Assembly (NCBI GenBank): GCA_964436045.1
Contig: CAYTBN010000022.1
Coordinates: forward strand, 33,616 to 97,615
Length of the DNA stretch: 64,000 bases
Direction of reading: 5' to 3'
From: an uncultured Rickettsiales bacterium
Lineage (GTDB): Bacteria > Myxococcota_A > UBA796 > UBA9615 > CAYRNR01
In this document: piece after piece, positions 30,017 through 39,829 of the stretch
Layout: every line of letters begins with the position of its first letter
How positions within the stretch are numbered: the first letter of the stretch is position 1
Position numbers and translations under genes: made by a program
Notes under the pieces: generated by a model
The model's input: the letters and a program-made list of their open reading frames with translations, nothing else
Databases searched by the model: none
What the model was told of the DNA's origin: nothing

Positions 30017-31948
30017 ATGTCGAAGACGATCGGAATCGATCTGGGGACGACCAATTCCTGCGTCGCGGTGCTCGAGGGCGGCGACGCGGTTGTGATTCCC
30101 AACTCGGAAGGGAGCCGCACCACACCGTCCGTGGTCGCGTTCAGCGACGAGGGCGATCGCCTGGTCGGGCAGATCGCGCGGCGGCAGGCGGTGTCCAACC
30201 CGGGCAACACCCTGTTCGCCATCAAACGGCTGACCGGGCGACGATTCGAGGACGAGGCCGTCCAGAAAATGATCCAGACGGTGCCGTTCGACATCGTCGC
30301 CGCGGACAACAAGGACGCCTGGGTGCGGATCGACGACGCCACCTACAGCCCCCAGCAGATCTCGGCCATCATCCTCGAGAAGATGAAGGCCACCGCCGAG
30401 GAGTACCTCGGCGAGGAGATCACCAAGGCGATCATCACCACGCCGGCGCACTTTAATGACAGCCAGCGCCAGGCCACCAAGGACGCGGGCCGGATCGCGG
30501 GCCTCGACGTGTTGCGGATCATCAACGAGCCCACCGCCGCCGCGCTGGCCTACGGCTGCGAGCCGGGCGAAGCCAAGCGGATCGCGGTGTTCGACCTGGG
30601 GGGCGGGACCTTCGATATCTCGATCCTGGACCTGAACCAGGGTGTCTACGAGGTGAAGTCCACCAACGGCGACACCTTCCTCGGTGGCGAGGACTTCGAT
30701 CTGCGGATCATGGACCACTGCCTGTCCCGGTTCCAATCCGAGACCGGTGTGGACCTCCGGGACGACACGATGGCGCTCCAGCGGCTCAAGGAGGCCGCGG
30801 AGAAGGCCAAGAAGGAGCTGTCGAGCACCGAGGAAACCGAGATCAATCTCCCCTTCATCACGGTGGACGAGGAGGGGCCCAAGCACCTCAAGACGTCGAT
30901 GACGCGGGCGGGACTCCAGGAGCTGGTGGATGACCTGATCGAGCGGACCACCGAGCCCTGCCGGCAGGCGATCCAGGACGCAGGCGTCGACGCCTCCCAG
31001 CTGGACGAGGTCTTGCTGGTCGGCGGGATGACCCGCATGCCCCGGGTCCGCGAGAAGGTGGCCGAGATCTTCGGCAAGGCGCCCAACACCGAGGTCAACG
31101 CCGACGAGGTGGTGGCCGTCGGCGCGGCGGTCCAGGCAGGCGTGCTCTCGGGCGAGACCAAGGATGTACTGCTGCTGGACGTGACGCCCCTGACCCTGGG
31201 GGTCGAGACCGCGGGCGGTACGTTCACCGCGCTGATCCCGCGCAACACGACCATCCCGTGCAAGAAGAGCGAGATCTTCACCACGGCCCAGGACAACCAG
31301 CCCTTCGTCCGGGTCCACGTGCTGCAGGGCGAGCGCGAGATGTCCGCAGGCAACAAGAGCCTGGCCGTCTTCGAGCTGACCGGAATCCCGCCCGCACCAC
31401 GGGGGTTGCCCAAGATCGAGGTGGTCTTCGAGCTCGACGCCAACGGTATCGTCCATGTGGCGGCCACCGACCAGGGAACCGGCCGGAAGCAGCAGATCCA
31501 GATCGAGGGCGCGTCCGGGCTGAGCGAGCGCGAGGTCCAGGCGATGGTCCGCGACGCGGAGACCTACCGGGAGGAGGACCGCCTCCGCCGGGAGCTGGCC
31601 GACGAACGCACCAAGCTCGAGGGGCTGCTGTACACCACCGAGCGCTCCCTGGAGCAGTACGGCGAGCAACTTCCCTTCGACGACCTGATGGCGATCCGCG
31701 AGGCCATCAGCCACGCGCAGGAGGCGGTGAAGACCAACAGCGTCCGGGAGATCCGCCAGGCCCACGAGGAGCTGAGTGACGGCGCGCGGAAGCTGGCCGA
31801 GGTCCTCTACATGGAGGCCCAGGCGGCGGCCATGGAGAGCGTGGACGAGGACTTGCTGAGCGAAGACCCGGGCGACTCCTTCCTCGAGACCGGCGAAGAG
31901 GACGAACTCCGAAGCGCACCCTCCGACACCGGCGACGAGCCCGAGTAG
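30017..31948 (+). CDS. dnaK: Hsp70 chaperone DnaK
   Basis: [41 protein letters not shown], full lid. Confidence 0.97.
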   Translation: MSKTIGIDLGTTNSCVAVLEGGDAVVIPNSEGSRTTPSVVAFSDEGDRLVGQIARRQAVSNPGNTLFAIKRLTGRRFEDEAVQKMIQTVPFDIVAADNKDAWVRIDDATYSPQQISAIILEKMKATAEEYLGEEITKAIITTPAHFNDSQRQATKDAGRIAGLDVLRIINEPTAAALAYGCEPGEAKRIAVFDLGGGTFDISILDLNQGVYEVKSTNGDTFLGGEDFDLRIMDHCLSRFQSETGVDLRDDTMALQRLKEAAEKAKKELSSTEETEINLPFITVDEEGPKHLKTSMTRAGLQELVDDLIERTTEPCRQAIQDAGVDASQLDEVLLVGGMTRMPRVREKVAEIFGKAPNTEVNADEVVAVGAAVQAGVLSGETKDVLLLDVTPLTLGVETAGGTFTALIPRNTTIPCKKSEIFTTAQDNQPFVRVHVLQGEREMSAGNKSLAVFELTGIPPAPRGLPKIEVVFELDANGIVHVAATDQGTGRKQQIQIEGASGLSEREVQAMVRDAETYREEDRLRRELADERTKLEGLLYTTERSLEQYGEQLPFDDLMAIREAISHAQEAVKTNSVREIRQAHEELSDGARKLAEVLYMEAQAAAMESVDEDLLSEDPGDSFLETGEEDELRSAPSDTGDEPE

Positions 31949-31996
31949 ACCGCCGGCCGGGCACCCGCTGCGGTCCCGGCCTGGCGCGGTTGCCAC

Positions 31997-33088
31997 GTGG
32001 ACGATCCCTACCGAATTCTCGGCGTCGACCGTGGGTCAGCTCCCGGCGCGATCAAGCGCGCTTTCCGCCGCCAAGCCCTGCGCTACCACCCGGATCGTAA
32101 CCCCGACGACCCCCAGGCCGAGACCAGTTTCAAGGAGGTGACCTGGGCCTACGAGCTGCTGTCCGACCCCCTCAAGCGGATGCAATACGACCGGCTCGGC
32201 CGTGTCTACACCGGACCCAAGGGCCCGTCGTGGGCGGAGGATCCCGCGGATCTGCGGGAGATCTTCGACCGGCTGATGACCGAGGCCTTCGGCTCCAACC
32301 CCTTCAAACGGGATCGCGACCGCCACGGCAACGATCTGCGCTACACCGTGTCGCTGACCCTCGAGGAGGTGGCCCGGGGCACCGAGCGCGAGGTGTCCTT
32401 CGAGCGGATGATCGCCTGCGACGAATGCGGCGGCAGCGGCGTGCAGAGCCGGGCTGAAAAGGTGCTGTGCGACGAGTGCGGCGGCAGCGGCGAGTCGCGT
32501 CGTCGCGGACTCCTGCGAGCCGGAGGGCGGTGCAAGACCTGCAAGGGCGAGGGTTACGTCAGTGCCACGCCCTGCGAGACCTGCGACGGCGACGGTCGAC
32601 TGCCGACCCATGCGCGGGTCAAGGTCAAGGTCCCGGCCGGGGTGGAGGTCGGCCAGCGCCTGAAGGTGAGCAGTAGGGGCAACGCGGGGGTGCGCGGCGG
32701 CAACAGTGGGGACCTGTTCGTGGTGGTGGACGTGGAGCGTCACCCTTACTTCCAGCGGGATCGGCACGACGTCTACTGCAAGCTGCCGGTGAGCTTTGCC
32801 CAGCTCGCTCTGGGGGCCGACGCCCCGGTGCCAACCCTGCAGGGCAAAGCCGTGATCCGGATTCCCCCCGGCACCCAGCCCGAGCAGGTCCTGACCCTGG
32901 TGGGCCACGGACTCCCTCGACCCCGGGGTGGCCGGCGGGGGGACCAGCGGGTGCGGGTCGTGCTCGAGGTGCCACGGACACTCGACGAGTCCCGCCGGGA
33001 TGCCCTGCTGGCTGCGGCTGCCGCCACCGATCCCGGGGATACGCCACTGCGTCGCCAGGTTCTCGACCTGCTCGACGAGATGGGATAA
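31997..33088 (+). CDS. dnaJ: Chaperone DnaJ
   Basis: J-domain HPD; four CxxCxGxG repeats; C-terminal domains. Confidence 0.93.
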   Translation: MDDPYRILGVDRGSAPGAIKRAFRRQALRYHPDRNPDDPQAETSFKEVTWAYELLSDPLKRMQYDRLGRVYTGPKGPSWAEDPADLREIFDRLMTEAFGSNPFKRDRDRHGNDLRYTVSLTLEEVARGTEREVSFERMIACDECGGSGVQSRAEKVLCDECGGSGESRRRGLLRAGGRCKTCKGEGYVSATPCETCDGDGRLPTHARVKVKVPAGVEVGQRLKVSSRGNAGVRGGNSGDLFVVVDVERHPYFQRDRHDVYCKLPVSFAQLALGADAPVPTLQGKAVIRIPPGTQPEQVLTLVGHGLPRPRGGRRGDQRVRVVLEVPRTLDESRRDALLAAAAATDPGDTPLRRQVLDLLDEMG

Positions 33089-33228
33089 ACAGCGATCGGC
33101 GGCCGGGCCCGGCCAACGCGACAAGATCGACGGAAACCGGGCCAGCGGACGTCCATGGAACAGAATCGTCACGGGGGGGCAGCGCGGACAGGGACCGTGG
33201 GGCCGGATTGGCGAGGGAAAGCGAGACC

Positions 33229-35280
33229 ATGGAAAACGGGATCCGACGGACTGCGCCCTGGCTGGCGGCCATCCTGTGCCTGACACTGGCGCTGCCCGCG
33301 CTGGCCGCGAAGGAGGACCGGGCGTTCTTCGACGCCGAGACCGCATACCGGGAAGGCGCCTTCCGCAAGGCGCTGAGCAAGCTCGAGGACTTCATCGAAA
33401 CCTACCCCGAGTCGCGCTACGTGCGCGAAGCGGTGTTCTACGCTGGCGAGTCCGCCATCGCCATCGACAAGTTTTCCATCGCCCGACGCCACTACGAGGA
33501 CTACCTGGACCGTTTCCCCGACGGGCCCGTTGCGCTTCGGGCCGAGCACGGCCGGGCGCTGGCCCTCGCGGGCGAGGGACGGGACGTGGATGCCGTGGCC
33601 GCGCTGTTGGCGGTCGCCCCTCGACTGGAGCGGTCGCGGGACCAGGCCGATTGTTACCGGCGGGCGGCTGCCATCCAGCTCGACCGTCGACGTCCCATGG
33701 GAGTGCTCGAGGCCCTCGGCATGCTGCTGGATGCCGGGGGGGACTGGCGCGAGGAGGACGAGCGCGCGCTGAGGGAGTCGGCCGACGCCCTGTCGGAGGA
33801 GGAGCTCCTGTCGTGGGAGAAGGAGGTCCGGGGCACGGGCGGGGGAGGATTGGCGCTGTTCGTCGTACTGGAGCGCCGCGGCCTCACCGAGGATCTGGCG
33901 ACCACGGACTCGATCGTGTTCCTGTTTGCTGACGAGTACCCCGAACATCCCTTCCGCTCGCGGATCGAGGTGCTCCGCGCCGACGCCCTCACCTACCCCG
34001 CCGATCCCACCAAGGTCGGCGTGATCCTCCCTCTGTCCGGACGTTTTCGCCGCCCGGGCGCGTCGGTACTCGACGGGATCCAGCTCGCCGTCGACGCACA
34101 CCTGGGCGACGCCGCACCGGAACTGGTGCTTCGGGACTCGGAGGGCGATCCGGAGATCGCCGTCGCAGCCCTCGAGGAGTTGGTCGAAAAAGAGCAGGTG
34201 ATCGCGGTCATCGGCCCCCTGGCGAGCGCCGCCGCCGCCCCGGTTGCCGAGCGCGCCGAGGAATTGCGCGTGCCGTTGCTGGTGCTGAGCCAGCGGACAG
34301 GCCTGCCGCAGCTGGGTCGCTACGTCTTCCGGAACTTCCTCACCCCGCGGGCCCAGGTCGATGCCATGGTCGACTACGCCATCAGCTACCAGGGATACCG
34401 TAGCTTCGCGGTGTTCTACCCGGCGACGGAGCGCGGCGGGGCGATGGCCGAACGGTTCTGGCAGCGCATCGAGGAGGAGGGCGGTCAGGTGGTGGCCGTC
34501 CAGTCGTACGACCCGGACGAGACCGACTTCCGCAAGCCCCTGCGCCGCCTCTACGGCAAGCAGTTCGTCGACAAGGGAATCGGAGCCGGCGACCTGGAAC
34601 TCCCCTACCTGACCGATCGCGAGAAACCCCAGCTTCCCGGCGGATCCGCAACGATGCTCGTGCCCGGCGAGGATTTCCAGGCCGTGTTCGTGCCCGACGG
34701 CTTCAAGCGGGTGAGCATGATCGCCCCGGCGATGGTCTACGAGAACTTCAACCTGGCGGATACCTACCAGTCGCGGATGCCGGTCACGCTGTTGGGGAGT
34801 GCCGGGCTCAACCACGACGATTTTGTGCGGCGGGGCGAGCGATACGTTCGAGGAGCCCTGTTCGTCGACGCATTCTTCGTCCGCGGAGGGGAGCCCGAGA
34901 CCATCGGGTTCGTCCACCGCTTCGAGGAGCGGTACGAACGAAAGCCCGGGCTGCTGGAGACCTTCGGCTACGAGACGACCCGGGATCTGCTCACCCTGCT
35001 CGGCCAGGGTGTGAAAACGCGCCCGTCGCTGCGCCGCGAACTGGCGCGTTTTGAGCCCGAGGCGTCCCTGACCGGTTCGCTGGGATACGACGAAGCCGGC
35101 GAGATGCGCCGCGACCTGTTGCTGCTGTCCGTTGCCGAGGATTCCATCGTCCAGATCTACCCGCCGCCGCTGCCTCCGGAGATGGCGCCGCTGGACCCGA
35201 TCCCCATGGAGGGCGGAGGGAGCGCGCCCCCCGATGAGCCGGCCGAAGAGGCCCCACAGGAACCGGAGGTCACACCGTGA
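33229..35280 (+). CDS. LpoA/LppC-like penicillin-binding protein activator (TPR + periplasmic binding fold)
   Basis: Signal peptide; TPR N-terminus; KVGVILPLSG, AVIGPL, YDPDETDF. Confidence 0.75.
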   Translation: MENGIRRTAPWLAAILCLTLALPALAAKEDRAFFDAETAYREGAFRKALSKLEDFIETYPESRYVREAVFYAGESAIAIDKFSIARRHYEDYLDRFPDGPVALRAEHGRALALAGEGRDVDAVAALLAVAPRLERSRDQADCYRRAAAIQLDRRRPMGVLEALGMLLDAGGDWREEDERALRESADALSEEELLSWEKEVRGTGGGGLALFVVLERRGLTEDLATTDSIVFLFADEYPEHPFRSRIEVLRADALTYPADPTKVGVILPLSGRFRRPGASVLDGIQLAVDAHLGDAAPELVLRDSEGDPEIAVAALEELVEKEQVIAVIGPLASAAAAPVAERAEELRVPLLVLSQRTGLPQLGRYVFRNFLTPRAQVDAMVDYAISYQGYRSFAVFYPATERGGAMAERFWQRIEEEGGQVVAVQSYDPDETDFRKPLRRLYGKQFVDKGIGAGDLELPYLTDREKPQLPGGSATMLVPGEDFQAVFVPDGFKRVSMIAPAMVYENFNLADTYQSRMPVTLLGSAGLNHDDFVRRGERYVRGALFVDAFFVRGGEPETIGFVHRFEERYERKPGLLETFGYETTRDLLTLLGQGVKTRPSLRRELARFEPEASLTGSLGYDEAGEMRRDLLLLSVAEDSIVQIYPPPLPPEMAPLDPIPMEGGGSAPPDEPAEEAPQEPEVTP

Positions 35281-36446
35281 AGGCGCTCGTGCTTCGGGGG
35301 GAATGGGAGCCCCGTGAGGGTTACCCGGTGACCGACGAAGAGACGACCTCGCGCAAGGCACGGGTGGCCAGCCAGATCTGGCGCCACCCGGTCGCTGCGC
35401 TCGAGGAGGTCCCGGAGCCAACGCCAGCACCGGACGAGGTGCTGATCCGCGTACGCGCCTGCGGTGTATGTGGGTCGGACACCCACTGCGTGGAGCGTGA
35501 CGAGAGCGGCTATCTGCTGTTCAGCGGGCCGACGCGACTCCCGGAGATCATCGGGCACGAGTACGCCGGCGAGGTCATCGAGGTCGGCGAAGCCGTGACG
35601 ACCCTGCGGGTGGGCGACGCCGTCGCTGCCGAAGGGATGCTCTGGTGCGGGTTGTGCCCCGCATGCCGCAGCGGCCTGCCGAACCAGTGCCCCTCCCTCG
35701 AGATGGTGGGGTTCTCCGCCCCCGGGGCCTACGCCAACCTGATCGCCACCAAGGAGCGATACTGCTGGTCCCTGGAACCCCTGCGAAGCGTAATGGACGG
35801 GGACGCCCTGTTCGAGCTGGGGGCGCTGCTGGAGCCGGCGGGGTGCGCGTTCAACGGGATCTACGTGGCGGCAGGGGGCTTCCTCCCTGGCGCCACCGTC
35901 GCCATCCACGGCGCGGGTGCCATCGGGCTCAGCGCGATCCCCGTGGCGCGGGCGGGTGGGGCATCCAGGATCTGGGTCTTCGATCCGATCCCCGAGCGGG
36001 TGGAGCTGGCCAGGTCACTGGGCGCCGACGAAGCCCACGTCGTCGGCGAGCTGGCGGGCGGCGGCGGCTCGGTCCACCAGTTGCTGCTCGACGGGACCGG
36101 AGGCGCCGGGGTCGATGTCCACGTGGAAGCCGCCGGAGCCGCCCGGGCGACATTCCCCGAGATCGAACGTTCGCTGGCGCCCGCCGGCAAGGTGGTCTAC
36201 CTGGGCCGCACGGGTGAGCACGCCCGCATCGAGGCGGACGTCTTCGTGACGGGCGCCAACACCCTCGTCGGCGCCCGCGGCCACGCGGGGGGTGGGATCT
36301 ACCCGGCCCTGATCCGCCTGGCGGCCGCGGGCCGCCTCCCCCTGCGATCGATGATCACCGCACGTTTCCCCCTCGAGCAGGTTCTCGAAGCCCTCGAGCG
36401 CTCCCGGACGCGGGTCGACGGCAAGATCATGATCCTGTCCGGTTGA
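35277..36446 (+). CDS. iolM: Zn-dependent MDR dehydrogenase, scyllo-inosose 3-dehydrogenase (IolM)-like
   Basis: N-terminal extension W.PR...S..WR.P and CGSD.H....E.GY.L..G resemble Thermotoga IolM as recalled; GHE; CxxCxxC...C. Confidence 0.7.
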   Translation: MKALVLRGEWEPREGYPVTDEETTSRKARVASQIWRHPVAALEEVPEPTPAPDEVLIRVRACGVCGSDTHCVERDESGYLLFSGPTRLPEIIGHEYAGEVIEVGEAVTTLRVGDAVAAEGMLWCGLCPACRSGLPNQCPSLEMVGFSAPGAYANLIATKERYCWSLEPLRSVMDGDALFELGALLEPAGCAFNGIYVAAGGFLPGATVAIHGAGAIGLSAIPVARAGGASRIWVFDPIPERVELARSLGADEAHVVGELAGGGGSVHQLLLDGTGGAGVDVHVEAAGAARATFPEIERSLAPAGKVVYLGRTGEHARIEADVFVTGANTLVGARGHAGGGIYPALIRLAAAGRLPLRSMITARFPLEQVLEALERSRTRVDGKIMILSG

Positions 36447-36591
36447 TCCGACCAAAAAGCCCTCCGATCGGACGGGTCAAACATTGTGCGATCGGTCCGA
36501 TGAATGGGCAGAACCGAGTTCGCGGTACTGACCGCGTCGTGGGAGCGCTGAAATGTCCTGTTTTCCCCGGAATCCCGGGGCTTTCCACCGA

Positions 36592-36620
36592 TTGACTTGG
36601 GTGGTCCGTGAGGTTAGCCT
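36592..36620 (+). promoter_or_regulatory. Putative sigma70 promoter of the second Hsp70
   Basis: TTGACT-N17-TAGCCT. Confidence 0.6.
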
Positions 36621-36707
36621 TGTCGAGCCGGGCCAACCGACCCGGTAGGCCCTCTTGTGCGGAATCCAGCCCAGGACGGGCAGCTGATCTAGGAGCGGGT
36701 CAACACC

Positions 36708-38600
36708 ATGGGCAAGGCCATCGGCATCGATCTTGGCACGACGAATTCGTGCGCCGCCGTCATCGAGAACAACCAGCCCAAGATCATCATGTACAAGGGC
36801 GGGAATTACACGATTCCCTCGTTGTTCGCCATCGATGAGACCGGACGGACGCTGGTCGGTCACGACGCCAAGAAGCAGGCCGCGATCAATCCCCAAGCCA
36901 CGGTGATGGGCGCCAAGCGACTGCTGGGCCGCAACTTTCACTCCAAGGCGGTGGAGAAGATCCGGCAGGTGTTCACCTACAACATGATCGAGGACGATGT
37001 CGGCAACGTCCAGATCAAGGTCAAGGACGAGGTCTTCACCCTCGAGCAGATTAGTTCCGAGATCCTCCGCAAGATCAAACAGGTCGCCGAGGAGTACCTC
37101 AAGGGCGAGGTCACCCACGCGGTGATCACCGTGCCCGCGTACTTCAACGACCGGCAGCGTCAGGCAGTGCGCAAGGCCGGATCCCTGGCTGGGCTCAAGG
37201 TGTTGCGCATCCTCAACGAGCCCACAGCGGCCGCCCTGGCCTACGGTCTCGGACGCAACCTGCGCCAGTCGCTGGCGGTGTACGACCTGGGCGGCGGTAC
37301 CTTCGACATCTCGGTGATCGACATCCACGATCGGGTGTTCGAGGTCATCGCCACCGGGGGAGATACCTTCCTCGGCGGCGTGGACTTCGACGATCGTGTG
37401 ATGGGCCACATCATGGAGGACTTCCAGGAGAAGAACGGCATCGACCTCTCCTTGGACCGGGTCGCCATCCAGCGGATCCGCGACGTGGCCGAGCGCGCCA
37501 AGATCAACCTGTCGTCGACCAGCACGACCCAGGTCCAGATCCCGTTCATCGCCCGCGGCCCCAAGGGGATCTTGAATGTGGACATGGACCTGGAACGCGG
37601 GGTCCTCGAGGAGATGACCACCGACCTGGTCAGCCGCACGATCCAGGCGTGCGACCAGATCATGAAGGGGGCGAAGCGCACCCCCGACCAGATCGACGAG
37701 GTGCTGCTGGTGGGCGGCCAGAGCCGCATGCCCCTCGTCCAGCAGCAGGTGGTCGACTACTTCAAGCGCCAGCCCTGCAAGGGAGTCCATCCGGACGAGG
37801 CAGTGGCGGTCGGCGCGGCCATCATGGCCTATTCGTTGACCCACGCGAGCGCCAAGAAGGTCACCCTGCTGGACGTGTTGCCGATCGACATCGGCATCGC
37901 CAAGGTGGACGGGTCGTTCCTGAAGCTGTTCACCAAGAACAGCGAGATCCCTGCATACAAGTCGCTGACGCTGACCAACAGCAAAGACAACCAGCGCTCG
38001 ATCATGCTCAAGATCTACCAGGGCGAGAACGACCGCGCGGTGGAGAACGAGCTGCTCGGCTCCTTCGTGTTCACGCCCATCCGGCAGGACAAGAAGGGAC
38101 AGGTCAAGCTCGAGGTCATCTTCCACATCGACTCCGAGGGTATCCTCAATATCTCGGCCAAGGACAAGCAGACCGGCGAGAAGGTCCAGGCGCACGTCAA
38201 GCTCAAGGACGGCAAGAAGGCGGCCCGGATCGAGGTCGGTGCTGGCAAGCAGGCGAGGCGGGTCAAGCAGCCCGCCAAGGCAGCCGCCCCGCCAGCCGAG
38301 CCAAAGGCCGCCCCCGCCCCACTGCCAGCACCCACTCCGCCGCCGCCGAAGCCGGAGCCCCCCGCGGATAGTGCAGCGGAGGAGCCGGATCCGGACGCGC
38401 CTGTGACCCTGGCCACCTCCCAGATCGAGCCCCTCGAGGACACGACTGCCACCGAGGCCGACATGCCCGCCGCCCGCGCTGACGGGCCGCCCGCGGGGGC
38501 GCCGACCGGCGAGGACGGGAAGCCCACCGAGACCGGGCCGCCCGCGGTGCAGAAGCGCGGCGTCTTCGGCCGCTTCATCGACTGGCTCCTCGGCCGCTAG
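36708..38600 (+). CDS. Atypical Hsp70 paralog (no helical lid; Pro-rich linker and amphipathic C-terminus)
   Basis: [32 protein letters not shown]; SBD-beta followed by [14 protein letters not shown] and ...[15 protein letters not shown]. Confidence 0.9.
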   Translation: MGKAIGIDLGTTNSCAAVIENNQPKIIMYKGGNYTIPSLFAIDETGRTLVGHDAKKQAAINPQATVMGAKRLLGRNFHSKAVEKIRQVFTYNMIEDDVGNVQIKVKDEVFTLEQISSEILRKIKQVAEEYLKGEVTHAVITVPAYFNDRQRQAVRKAGSLAGLKVLRILNEPTAAALAYGLGRNLRQSLAVYDLGGGTFDISVIDIHDRVFEVIATGGDTFLGGVDFDDRVMGHIMEDFQEKNGIDLSLDRVAIQRIRDVAERAKINLSSTSTTQVQIPFIARGPKGILNVDMDLERGVLEEMTTDLVSRTIQACDQIMKGAKRTPDQIDEVLLVGGQSRMPLVQQQVVDYFKRQPCKGVHPDEAVAVGAAIMAYSLTHASAKKVTLLDVLPIDIGIAKVDGSFLKLFTKNSEIPAYKSLTLTNSKDNQRSIMLKIYQGENDRAVENELLGSFVFTPIRQDKKGQVKLEVIFHIDSEGILNISAKDKQTGEKVQAHVKLKDGKKAARIEVGAGKQARRVKQPAKAAAPPAEPKAAPAPLPAPTPPPPKPEPPADSAAEEPDPDAPVTLATSQIEPLEDTTATEADMPAARADGPPAGAPTGEDGKPTETGPPAVQKRGVFGRFIDWLLGR

Positions 38601-38617
38601 CCCTTCCCACCCTCGCG

Positions 38618-39439
38618 ATGGCCAACCCTCAACGCAGCGCCTTGCGACACGTCCGCGTGGTGCTGGTGCGCCCGCAGCACGAGGGGAACGTGGGGGCCGC
38701 AGCCAGGGCGATGCTCAACATGGGGCTGCGAGATCTTGTCCTGGTCTCGCCCCGTATCAGGCGCAAGGACCCGGTGCGCTGGATGGCTCATGGCGCCGAG
38801 GAGGTCCTGGAGCGGATGCGAACGGTGGACAGCCTGAGCGAAGCCCTGGAGGGTACCTCCACCGCCGTGGCCACCACCGCTCGAAGGCGGCGATGGAGCT
38901 CCTGGCCGCTGCTCGATCCCCCCGAGGCAGGCGCCCTGCTTGCGAGAGCCGAGGCCGCGGCGCCCGGGGCGCTGGTCTTCGGCCCGGAGGACCAGGGTCT
39001 GTCCAACGAGGACCTGGTCCTGTGCACTCACATCGCGCGGGTGGACACCGATCAAGCGCACACCTCCCTCAATCTGGCCCAGGCCGTGCTGCTGATGTGT
39101 TACGAGCTGCGACGTCAGACCACCGCGCCACGCCCACGCCGGCAGCGGCTACCGGCCGACGCGAACCAGCTCGACGGCACCCTCGAACAGCTGCGGGGGC
39201 TGCTGAATCAAATCGGGTTCTTGCACGGCCGCAACCCGACCCAGGTGCTGGCCACCGCTCGGCAGGTGCTCTCGCGGACCGAACTGACCCGCGAGGAGAT
39301 CGGCTTCCTCCGCGGCGCCATCCGCAAACTGAGCTGGGCCCTCGATCACCCCGCCGAGAGCGGGCGGGAACGGGCGGGCTCCGAGACCGTGGGTCTAGAC
39401 GGACGAGACGTGGGAGAGGTCGACGAGGGCGATGCCTAG
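38618..39439 (+). CDS. trmJ: SPOUT tRNA/rRNA methyltransferase, TrmJ/LasT family
   Basis: NVGAAARAMLNMG, VFGPEDQGLSNE, SLNLAQAV. Confidence 0.88.
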   Translation: MANPQRSALRHVRVVLVRPQHEGNVGAAARAMLNMGLRDLVLVSPRIRRKDPVRWMAHGAEEVLERMRTVDSLSEALEGTSTAVATTARRRRWSSWPLLDPPEAGALLARAEAAAPGALVFGPEDQGLSNEDLVLCTHIARVDTDQAHTSLNLAQAVLLMCYELRRQTTAPRPRRQRLPADANQLDGTLEQLRGLLNQIGFLHGRNPTQVLATARQVLSRTELTREEIGFLRGAIRKLSWALDHPAESGRERAGSETVGLDGRDVGEVDEGDA

Positions 39440-39829
39440 CGCAACGGCGTGTTCGTAGATCCGGTCGTCCCGGTAGAACTCGCCGAAGCAGATCCGTCGG
39501 ATGCCCGAGTTGGCAATCAACTTGAAGCAGTTCCAGCAGGGTGATGCGGTGACGTAGACGTCGGCGCCGTCGATGCCGACGCCGTTGCGGGCGGCCTGGG
39601 CGATGGCGTTGGCCTCGGCGTGAACCGTGCGCACACAGTGGCCCTCGTCCATCATGTGCCCGACCTCGTCGCAGTGGCGGAGGCCGCGGATCGAGCCGTT
39701 GTAACCGGTGGACAGGATCGCACGGTCGCGGACGATCACCGCGCCCACATGCTTGCGGTCACAGGTCGCGCGGGTGGCGACCTGGTGCGCGATCGCCATG
39801 AAGTACTCGTCCCAGCTGGCCCGACTCAC
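39395..39829 (-). CDS. dCMP deaminase (ComEB family)
   Basis: SWDEYFM, TGYNG, HAEANA, SPCWNC. Confidence 0.92.
   Translation of the reverse strand: MSRASWDEYFMAIAHQVATRATCDRKHVGAVIVRDRAILSTGYNGSIRGLRHCDEVGHMMDEGHCVRTVHAEANAIAQAARNGVGIDGADVYVTASPCWNCFKLIANSGIRRICFGEFYRDDRIYEHAVALGIALVDLSHVSSV

Noticed and set aside
39395-39439. 45-bp convergent overlap of trmJ and the dCMP deaminase gene
   Set aside because: Ordinary 3' tail overlap in GC-rich DNA
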